From Candidatus Latescibacterota bacterium (GTDB lineage Bacteria; Latescibacterota; CBDEFO01), in the NCBI GenBank assembly GCA_965248755.1, contig OZ252149.1, forward strand, positions 3,712,001-3,776,000: DNA of 64,000 nucleotides. Reading direction: 5' to 3'. The notes beneath the pieces were generated by a model, which was given only the letters and a program-made list of their open reading frames with translations, was not told where the DNA came from and made no database searches. A program made the translations under genes and the position numbers. Positions 55,916 to 64,000 of the stretch are shown here, piece by piece. The stretch's first letter is position 1; each line of letters opens with the position of its first letter.

Positions 55916-58381
55916 TTGAGTCTTAGCGATATGAGTGGGGCAAGGTCTGTTGAGAATGCGATAAAGTCGGGGATTCTGGCTTTGGCGGTGCTGGTTCCGT
56001 TAGCGGTTGTGCCGAACGCGGACGATGCGACGTTAGCTAAGGAGATTGTAGTCGACGCAGTTGTGTTCGGCTGTGCCCTGCTGTGGGCGATGGGCTCAGG
56101 CAAAGTGGCGATGACCTTCAAGAGGACGCCGGTGGATCTGATGATAGGGGTGTATTTTGTCCTCGGGGCCAGCTCGGTATTGACCTCGGATTATGCCTAT
56201 GCGGGGATAGACAGGTTGTTGAGGTTGGGGGCTTATTTTACGCTCTTTTTCCTGTGTGTAAACTTTCTAAGGGACCGGAAAGATGTCGAGAGGATAATGT
56301 GGGGAGTTGTAGTCTCGGGGGCGATTGTATCAGTTTACGGCATAGTTCAATATTCGGGGCACGGATTTTTGTTCCCCATGGAAGGAGAGAGTTTTAGACT
56401 TAATTATGAGCCGAGGAGCTTTTCAACCTTGGGTCATCCGAATCTTTTCGGCGGGTTCACAGTCATAGCTATTTTTATGTGTTTGGGGCTCTTTTTAGGG
56501 TGCGAAAGGGGCCAAAACGTATGGAGAAGATTATTCTTAGGTGGGGCTATGGGCATTATGGTTATAGCTCTGCTTATGAGCAAAAGCAGGGGGGCGTGGA
56601 TAGGATTTGCATGTGGTCTGGGTTCGGTTATGTTGATGAATGTAGGCTGGATCATAAGGAGAATATGGGCACTTGCCGCCGGAGGTGTGGTTCTGGCGGC
56701 TCTCCTCTATTTTGCCCTGCCGGATTGGGTGGGGGAGAGGTTGATATCGGGAGCAGCCGTGCGTTCCAGGCTGGTTATGTGGGATGGGGCACTGGAAATG
56801 GTTGGGGATAGTCCTCTATTTGGGAAGGGGATAGGCCTCTTCAGGGTCTATTTCCCCGAGTACAGGGGTAACGACTACTGGCTGAAGGGCGTGGATCAGA
56901 ATGTAGGACACGCCCATAACGAATTCCTGGAGGTTATGTCAGAGATGGGGATATTGGGGTTAGGGGCTTTTCTGGGGATTCTGGCTCTATTTTTTGTGCA
57001 GGTAAAAAGGTTTATGGAGACAAGCCAGGACAGGAAAGCGACGCTGCTTGTGGTGAGTCTCTCGGCGGGGATGATCGGGACGCTGACTCACAGCTTGGTG
57101 AGTGTGGGGATGCGTTTTACCTCTACGGGGACGTTCTTCTACCTTTCGATGGGTCTGGCTATGGCCCTGATGGCGGTTAAATTTGACTGGAATTCGATCA
57201 AGCTCCCCCAAGTCGGGAGATTAGCCGTAGGTTTATGTGCAGCAGCGGTTCTTTCCGTATCCATGTATAAGGACGTGAGGGCCTCCCTCTCGGAGATATT
57301 TCTTCTGAACGGTAAGTTCGAAATGGCAGATGGCCGTCTCCTGGAGTCACAGAAGGAGTTGAAAAGGGCCGCAGAGTTAAACGAGCACAATCTGAAGGCT
57401 CTGTATAAGCTTGGAGCTGTCCACATAGGACTGAGGGATTTCGATTCCGCTTTGGATGTGTACGAGCGTCTTGGGAAACTGGCACCAAACTATGCGGAGA
57501 TTCATAATAACTTAGGTCTGTCTCATAAGGAGTTGGGGGAAATAGACAGGGCGATTGAGGAGTACAAAAAGGCTGTGGATTTGAGAGACGACGCAGAGAA
57601 CAGATTCGCTCTGGCGCTGCTTTTTGAGATGAAGGGAGACAGAGATGGGATGATCCGGGAATATGAGAGGTTTCTGCCAGTTGCAAGGGCTTCTCTGGAT
57701 CTACATAGAGGATACAGGGATGAGTTTATGGCTTATGAGCGGAGTGAAGATGTGACGGGAGAAGTGGTATTTATAGGCAGGTTGAGCAGCACAATCTCAA
57801 CGACTTACAAGAATTTGATGGGATATTATCAGGAGAATGGACTGTGGGAAAGGGCCGAGTGGGTTCTGAGAGGTTCGATGCCAAAGGCCGATGACGATGG
57901 CAGGGTGCACTATTATTTAGGATGGGTACTGAGCAATCTGGGAAGGCAGGAGGAGGCTAAAGAAGAGTACAGGAGGGCTATTCAGATAGATCCCCGGGAT
58001 GCAAGGAGTATGAATAACCTGGGGTTTTTGTACGCTGATGCCGGAGAAAATCTGGATGAGGCACTATGGCTGATTGGGGAGGCCATAAGGCTGGACAGTT
58101 CCAACAGACTCTATTATTTGGATACGTTGGGATGGGCTTATTGTCAGAAAGGAGATTACGACAAAGCTGTGGAGATCCTCTCGGAGGAGATAGGGGAGGC
58201 ATCTAGAGATGGGAGATATGGATCTCTAACAGGTGAGATGGCGTATCATCTGGGCGTGGCTTATCAAAAGTCAGGAAAGCTCCAGGAGGCCAAGAAGGAG
58301 TTTGAGAGGGCTTTAGAGTATGGAGGGACTGCGGCAGCGAAAGCAAAGGGGTTATTGGAAGAGGTAAAGGAAAACAAGTAG
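55916..58381 (+). CDS. O-antigen ligase-like membrane protein with C-terminal TPR repeats
   Basis: STLGHPN, SRGAW, GKGIG.F, HAHNEFLE; TPR motifs (LDTLGWAY, YHLG.AY). Confidence 0.88.
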   Translation: MSLSDMSGARSVENAIKSGILALAVLVPLAVVPNADDATLAKEIVVDAVVFGCALLWAMGSGKVAMTFKRTPVDLMIGVYFVLGASSVLTSDYAYAGIDRLLRLGAYFTLFFLCVNFLRDRKDVERIMWGVVVSGAIVSVYGIVQYSGHGFLFPMEGESFRLNYEPRSFSTLGHPNLFGGFTVIAIFMCLGLFLGCERGQNVWRRLFLGGAMGIMVIALLMSKSRGAWIGFACGLGSVMLMNVGWIIRRIWALAAGGVVLAALLYFALPDWVGERLISGAAVRSRLVMWDGALEMVGDSPLFGKGIGLFRVYFPEYRGNDYWLKGVDQNVGHAHNEFLEVMSEMGILGLGAFLGILALFFVQVKRFMETSQDRKATLLVVSLSAGMIGTLTHSLVSVGMRFTSTGTFFYLSMGLAMALMAVKFDWNSIKLPQVGRLAVGLCAAAVLSVSMYKDVRASLSEIFLLNGKFEMADGRLLESQKELKRAAELNEHNLKALYKLGAVHIGLRDFDSALDVYERLGKLAPNYAEIHNNLGLSHKELGEIDRAIEEYKKAVDLRDDAENRFALALLFEMKGDRDGMIREYERFLPVARASLDLHRGYRDEFMAYERSEDVTGEVVFIGRLSSTISTTYKNLMGYYQENGLWERAEWVLRGSMPKADDDGRVHYYLGWVLSNLGRQEEAKEEYRRAIQIDPRDARSMNNLGFLYADAGENLDEALWLIGEAIRLDSSNRLYYLDTLGWAYCQKGDYDKAVEILSEEIGEASRDGRYGSLTGEMAYHLGVAYQKSGKLQEAKKEFERALEYGGTAAAKAKGLLEEVKENK

Positions 58382-58699
58382 ACAGGGCACATCCTCTCTT
58401 CCTTAAATGTAGGGGCTGGGTAACCCAGCGCATGGGCGAGCGACCCCCCGATAGAATCATTCGGGGGCAGGCCTCGTCCTTATATAGACCGGATGAATCG
58501 GGCGTGTCAGACAGGGATATCTGACCCAACAAGTTTGGTACAGTACAAAGAGTGTGTTGATAAGGTGGCTGGTAAGACAGACACTTTTGTCTGTCTTACT
58601 GAAGGCAAGCGCAAGCAATAATTACCGTAATTGCGATCCCCGATTGAGTCTATTGGGGATTCAGTTAGGGGTCGGGGATAGCGAAGCAATCTCTACTAT

Positions 58700-59869
58700 T
58701 TGTTGGCTAATTTGTCTGGGAGTTGGCAACTGGATATTGTATTCTTTTCCCCTGTGGATTGGGACGCCCTGAGGCAGAGGCATCAGCAGTTGGCAGAGAG
58801 GCTGGCGTCCCTCGACAGGGTCTTATTCGTGGAGCCTGCGAAGAACCTGTTTTCTCTTTTGCGGAGTCAGCGCGTCCGCTCCCTGTCCTTCGGATGGATG
58901 AGCGGAGCAAGGCGCATAGGGCAGAATCTCTTTGTATACGCTCCACCGCCGTCGCTTCCTCTGCGAAGTGTCTTTCGGCCCATAAACAGGCTGGCATATG
59001 GGGCACTCGGCTGTTCTGTCGGGAGGATAGCTCGAAGATTAGGGTTTCAGGACATCGTTTTATGGGCGGGCTATCCGAACGTGGTGGATGCAATCGGTGG
59101 AGTCAGTCCGGCGACGGTGTGCTACGACTGTGCGGACAGGCATTCGGAGAGCCATAAGGCAGTGGGCAGGAAGAACCTGGAGGCGATGGAGGAGGAGTTG
59201 TGCAGGAGGGCAGATGTGGTCTTTGCCGCCAGTGAGGGTCTTTGTAGGTTGATGAAAAGTTACAGCAAGAACGTGCTTTTGTTGCCGAACGGGTCCGATC
59301 CCAACGTATGTGAAAGCGCACAAGAGCTGCCCCGTGATATGGAGGGGGTAAAGGGACCTATCTTAGGATTTGTGGGGGCGCTAAATCACAGAGTTGACGC
59401 GGATTTGATCGAGTACGTAGCTTCGGTCCGGAGGCAATGGTCTCTGGTGCTGGTCGGACCTTGTGATAAGGATATTGGCAGGAAGTTAGAGGGGATAGAC
59501 AATGTGCATCTATTTGGGAGGAGAGATTACGAGGAGATTCACAGTTACATCGCGTCTTTTGATGCGTGTCTCCTGCCCTTCAAGGTGAATGAATATGTGG
59601 TCTGTTCGGACCCTGTAAAGACCTACGATTATCTATCTTTGGGGAAACCGATCGTCTCTGTGGATTTTCCCCATGCCAGGAGATTTGAGGGGCTGATCAG
59701 GATAGGGGAGGACTACGAGGGATTTGTGCGATGTATTGAGGATGTTTTATGCCATAGAGATGAGGGGCTGAAAGTTGAAAGGAGAAAGGTCGCTGAGGAA
59801 AATTCGTGGGATAATAGGGTAGAGATAATAAGGGACATCCTGGCTACCTATCATGTGAATCTATGTTAA
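58700..59869 (+). CDS. Glycosyltransferase (GT-B, TuaH-like)
   Basis: RQRHQQLA, YDCAD, PVKTYDYLSLGKPIVS; start uncertain. Confidence 0.85.
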   Translation: MLANLSGSWQLDIVFFSPVDWDALRQRHQQLAERLASLDRVLFVEPAKNLFSLLRSQRVRSLSFGWMSGARRIGQNLFVYAPPPSLPLRSVFRPINRLAYGALGCSVGRIARRLGFQDIVLWAGYPNVVDAIGGVSPATVCYDCADRHSESHKAVGRKNLEAMEEELCRRADVVFAASEGLCRLMKSYSKNVLLLPNGSDPNVCESAQELPRDMEGVKGPILGFVGALNHRVDADLIEYVASVRRQWSLVLVGPCDKDIGRKLEGIDNVHLFGRRDYEEIHSYIASFDACLLPFKVNEYVVCSDPVKTYDYLSLGKPIVSVDFPHARRFEGLIRIGEDYEGFVRCIEDVLCHRDEGLKVERRKVAEENSWDNRVEIIRDILATYHVNLC

Positions 59870-61651
59870 ATGAATACTTCCAAAACCGTTTTAGACTAAC
59901 GGCCGCCCGCGTATATACTACTCTGGCACTATTGGTCGCTTTTAATGCGTCTGCCTATGCGCAGGATCTTTTCGGACCCAAGACTGATTATGCCGCTGGG
60001 AAAACTCCTCGATCAGTCTTCAGTATAGATTTAGATGGGGATAGGGATAATGACCTGGCTGTGGCTAATCTATTCAGCAATAATGTATCACTATTGATGA
60101 ATAATGGAGATGGGACATTTGCACCTAAGGTGGACTATGATGTTGGAGATTTTCCACGTTCAGTATTCAGTGCAGATTTAGATGGGGATGGAGATAATGA
60201 CTTGGTTACGGCCAATAAGGTCGGCAATAATGTATCAGTGTTGTTGAATAATGGAGATGGCACCCTTGCACCTAAGGTGGACTATACCACTGGGAATAAC
60301 CCCATATCAGTATTCAGTGCAGATTTAGATGGGGATGGAGATAATGACTTGGTTACGGCCAATGAGGTCGGCAATAATGTGTCAGTGTTGTTGAATAATG
60401 GGGATGGTACATTTGCACCTAAAGTGGACTTTGCCGCAGCGGATGGTCCTAGATCAGTTTTCATTGCAGATTTGGATGGAGATGGAGATAGTGACTTGGC
60501 TGTGGCTAACACATTCAGCGATAATCTATCAGTGTTGTTGAACAATGGAGATGGACAATTTGCAATCAAGGTGGACTATGAAGCTGCGGGTAGTTCAGTA
60601 TTCATTGCAGATTTAGATGGGGACGGAGATAATGACTTGGCTGTGGCTAGTGGAGACATCTTCGGTCGCGGCAATACTGTATCAGTGTTGTTGAATAATG
60701 GGGATGGTACATTTGCACCTAAGGTGGACTTTGCCGCTGGGGATGGTCCCTTATCAGTATTCAGTACAGATTTAGACGGGGATGGAGATAATGACTTAAT
60801 CACAGCTAATTGGTGGAGCAATAATGTATCAGTGTTGTTGAACAATGGTGATGGTACATTTGCACATAAGGTGGACTATACCACTGGGAATAACCCCATA
60901 TCAGTATTCAGTGCAGATTTAGACGGGGATGGAGATAATGACCTGGCTGTGGCTAATGGGAGAAGCGGTAATGTATCAGTGTGTGTTGAATAATGGTGAT
61001 GGTACATTTGCACCTAAGGTGGACTATCCCGCTGGGGATGAACCCCAATCAGTATTCAGTGCGGATTTAGATGGGGATGGAGATAATGACCTGGCTGTGG
61101 CTAATGGGAGAAGCGGTAATGTATCAGTGTTGTCCAATAATGGAGATGGAACATTTGCACCTAAGATGGACTATCCCGCTGGGAGTGGTCCCAATTCAGT
61201 TTTTAGTGCGGATTTAGATGGGGATGGAGATAATGACTTGGCTGTAGCTAATGGGGGTCGCAGGTTCAGGACTAGTACTGTATCAGTGTTGTTGAATAAT
61301 GCAGACGGAACATTTGCATCCAAGGTGGACTATGCTGCTGGGGAGTTTCCCGAGTCAGTTTTCAGTGCGGATTTAGATGGAGATAATGACTTGGTTGTGG
61401 CTAATTTTGATAGCGATGATGTATCAGTCTTGATGAATCGCTCTGATATCCCTGTTGTCGTCCCCAGTCTTGTAGGAGATTTTGATGGGGATAATGAAGT
61501 AGGGCTTTCCGATTTTGTCCTTTTTCTGGATGCGTTCGGGACAACGACCAGTTCAGCCGATTGGGATCCCACATTTGATTTGGATAATGATGGAGCGATC
61601 GGCCTGTCCGACTTTGTGATTTTTCTGGATAACTTCGGCAGGACAGGATAG
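59863..61651 (+). pseudogene. Secreted FG-GAP/VCBS repeat protein with EF-hand/dockerin-like tail; +1 frameshift near 60983
   Basis: About ten ADLDGDGDNDL.VAN....VSVLLNNGDGTF repeats; one has GTGTGTGTTG for GTGTTGTTG; GDFDGDNEVGLSDF tail. Confidence 0.82.
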
Positions 61652-61757
61652 TTTTACAGTTAGGCGGATGGATTTGTTAAAACAAGCAAGTTAATATTGA
61701 TGAAATAGGATTATTTTGCAAAGTAGCACTAAATGGATATGGAGATAGGGGATCTGA

Positions 61758-62759
61758 ATGAAAGAGATGAGATATTACGCGGCTGCCTGTCAGACAGATA
61801 TGCCGAACCCCCGAACGAGGGATGAGATTGGAAAACAGACAGATCGGATGATAGAGATGGTAGATCAGGCTGTGGTGGGTTATTCTCCCTTTTTGCCCGT
61901 AAGGTTGTTGGCGTTTCCTGAGTTCGGGCACGCCGCTCCGGTCTATCTTACGGCAAAGGAGCTAAAAGAAAAGCTGGCGGTCCCGATCCCGAACGAGCAT
62001 ACGGACAGGTATATCAGTAAGGCAGAGGAGTATGATGTATATATACAGACGGGAAGTTTTCTGGAGGTCGATCCGAAATGGGCGGATGCGCTCTTTAATA
62101 CTACCTGCCTTATCGGGCCCGAAGGAATTTTGTACAAGTATCGCAAGGTGAATACGTGGATACCCTGGGAGGTTCATACAAGCCCTCACGACGTCGAGGG
62201 TTACGATGAGGAGATCTTCCCGGTCGCCCGGACTCCGATCGGACAGATCGGCGCAGCGATATGTTACGACTGGCTATTTCCTGAGCCCTTGAGGCAGTTG
62301 ACGGCTAACGGAGCGGAGATCTTGGTGAGGGTCTCAGCCTATATGGACCCCTGGGGGGCGTCACAGCCTATGGATTGGTGGACAGTCGTAAACAGATGTC
62401 GGGCGCTCGAGAATATCGCCTACGTCCTGGCGTCGAATCAAGGTGCGTCGCTCTCGAACTATCCTCCCTTTTCCTGGCCCGGAGGCAGTATGGTCGTGGA
62501 TTACGACGGCAGGATCCTGGCGCAGGCTGACCCCGGTCCGGGGGAGAAGATCGTAGTTGCCCCGATAGATGTTGACGCCCTTAGGCACGAGCGAAGGACA
62601 AGACAGGGGCATCAGATGTTAGCTCACCTCAGAACTGAGGCCTATCCGATGTATCGAAAGGGCTTCTACCCGCCGGGGATGTGGACAGATGAGGACAATC
62701 TGACCGTTGAGAAGAATCAGAAAGCTATTGAGGAATCCAAGAGGAGAGTTGGATTTTAA
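61758..62759 (+). CDS. Carbon-nitrogen hydrolase (nitrilase family)
   Basis: FPEF, YRKV, ICYDW catalytic E-K-C. Confidence 0.9.
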   Translation: MKEMRYYAAACQTDMPNPRTRDEIGKQTDRMIEMVDQAVVGYSPFLPVRLLAFPEFGHAAPVYLTAKELKEKLAVPIPNEHTDRYISKAEEYDVYIQTGSFLEVDPKWADALFNTTCLIGPEGILYKYRKVNTWIPWEVHTSPHDVEGYDEEIFPVARTPIGQIGAAICYDWLFPEPLRQLTANGAEILVRVSAYMDPWGASQPMDWWTVVNRCRALENIAYVLASNQGASLSNYPPFSWPGGSMVVDYDGRILAQADPGPGEKIVVAPIDVDALRHERRTRQGHQMLAHLRTEAYPMYRKGFYPPGMWTDEDNLTVEKNQKAIEESKRRVGF

Positions 62760-63864
62760 AGGCACAGCCTGCGGCAGAAAGATAAGGGTGGCTTACGTGA
62801 TAGCGGCGTATGCTATAGGGGGGGCAGAGAGGCACGTGATGAATTTAGCCTCAGGATTGAACACGGATCTATTTGAGATCCTGGTTTTAGCCCCTGAGGG
62901 GAGGTTTGCGGATTGTCTGAGGAAGATGGGAATCCAGGTGCGCCCCGTGCAGATGCGGAGCAAGTGGGATCTGTGGGCTGTTGTAGAATTGTTCAGAAAG
63001 TTGAGGCAGTTTAGTTCGGACGTGGTTCACACACACGACAGCAGGGGAAATCTGTTCGGAAGGATCGCCGGGACTTGTTCGAGGGCGAAGGTCGTAGTAT
63101 CCACGGTGCACGCAAGTCCGACGGCGAGGAGAGGAGTCTTCGGTAGTCTCTATCTTCTTGCCGATAGGATTACGGCGAAATTGAGCGATGTGGTGGTGGC
63201 TGTGTCGGACCATATTAAAGATGAGATTACAGCCGCTCCCAGAGTTGTGACGATTCCTCCGGGTGTGGATTTGAAGAGCTTTGACAATACAGAGAGGAGG
63301 CCCGACAATCAGGGCATAAGATTGGGAATGGTGGGCAGATTGGAGCGGATAAAAGGGCCCGACATCGTATTCCGGGCTATGCCGAAGGTTGTAAAGCGCC
63401 TGCCCGACGTGAAACTGTACGTGATAGGGGAGGGTTCTATGCTCGACGAACTGAACGAGATGGCAAGGATGGGGAATTTCTCAGATAGCGTGAATTTTAT
63501 AGGGTACAGTGATAATGTGGCAAAGTGTCTGAAGGCAGTGGATATTCTGGTGTGTGGGTCAAGGTCTGAGGGATTTGGACTGGCGGCAGCTGAGGCGATG
63601 GCTATGGGGATACCGGTTGTGGGTTCGGATGTCGGAGGTATGAGGGAGGTGGTAGAAAACGGCGTCACGGGGTATCTCGTGCCAGTTGAAGATACAGAAG
63701 CCCTGGCCGAAGCCATTGTAGAGATCGCTCAGGATGTAGAGAAAGCCCGAAGGATGGGAGAAGCAGGGGGGCATAGGATGCGGAAGCATTTTGGAATGGA
63801 CGGTGTGGTCAACACGATAGAGGATCTCTATCTGGACTGTCTAAAGAGGAGGGCGTTATCTTGA
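62707..63864 (+). CDS. Glycosyltransferase family 4
   Basis: GGAERH, VHTH, GRL..IKG, EGFGLAAAEAMAMG.PVV; true start probably downstream of 62707. Confidence 0.9.
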   Translation: MRRIRKLLRNPRGELDFKGTACGRKIRVAYVIAAYAIGGAERHVMNLASGLNTDLFEILVLAPEGRFADCLRKMGIQVRPVQMRSKWDLWAVVELFRKLRQFSSDVVHTHDSRGNLFGRIAGTCSRAKVVVSTVHASPTARRGVFGSLYLLADRITAKLSDVVVAVSDHIKDEITAAPRVVTIPPGVDLKSFDNTERRPDNQGIRLGMVGRLERIKGPDIVFRAMPKVVKRLPDVKLYVIGEGSMLDELNEMARMGNFSDSVNFIGYSDNVAKCLKAVDILVCGSRSEGFGLAAAEAMAMGIPVVGSDVGGMREVVENGVTGYLVPVEDTEALAEAIVEIAQDVEKARRMGEAGGHRMRKHFGMDGVVNTIEDLYLDCLKRRALS

Positions 63865-64000
63865 GAACGGGTTTAGGTTTAGAGCCTGTATTCTGTGCTC
63901 TACTCAGGGAGTCAGGAAGGGGAGGCAGGAATGTCGGTGTCTACCCCCGATTCAATCTATCGGGGGCTGCTGTCTATATCTTTTTGCTTGTGTGCACAGT

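Larger units (their letters stand above)
2720..58700. repeat. Several dispersed REP-like intergenic palindrome families
   Basis: GTAGGGGC...GCCCCTAC (about 5948, 28300, 33729, 55270, 58409); GTCATTGCGAG...GAAGCAATC (about 2755, 14965, 25750, 49310, 50470); CAGACA.N.TGTCTG (about 3625, 22710, 25640, 28140, 58580). Confidence 0.75.
2775..63965. repeat. Dispersed 21-bp imperfect palindrome CCCCGATAGANTCAATCGGGG (16 copies)
   Basis: Cores start at 2775, 14905, 16922, 18890, 24074, 25590, 25792, 28082, 28216, 49330, 50413, 50494, 55091, 58446, 58638, 63945. Confidence 0.9.

Noticed and set aside
63928..63937. GGAATGTCGG match to the IS1380 right end
   Set aside because: Only 10 bp with no other IS sequence or paired duplication in view

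Overview
Bacterial chromosomal window. Secreted proteins with FlgD-like/'YPNPFN' C-termini and cohesin/dockerin modules suggest an FCB-superphylum candidate lineage such as Latescibacterota; this is inference only. Housekeeping and metabolic genes include uvrA, dpp/opp permeases, an IscS/NifS-type desulfurase, tsaD, cdaR-like, nfi and glycosyltransferases. They are interspersed with heavily reworked accessory DNA. (1) An Ec86/St85-like retron island has the order promoter-effector-ncRNA-RT. The 5' arm of its msr/msd ncRNA lies inside the last codons of the effector gene, and its RT is split by an IS3 element at the region-Y motif. (2) A DUF3179 gene has an in-frame UGA in a UPLC motif followed by a SECIS-like hairpin, so it is a probable selenoprotein. 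(3) An orphan HTH + DnaA-N replication-initiator-like gene carries internal palindromic iteron-like repeats. (4) Four apparently identical 1626-bp IS1380-family elements are present. Three moved ISEcp1-style with passenger DNA (98 bp, 274 bp, about 2.8 kb) and knocked out three large cohesin/dockerin surface-protein genes, two at the homologous codon. (5) Sixteen copies of a 21-bp palindromic mini-element sit in REPs, an IS, coding sequence and other copies of itself. No rRNA, tRNA or CRISPR array was recognised. All calls come from reading the sequence; no searches were run.
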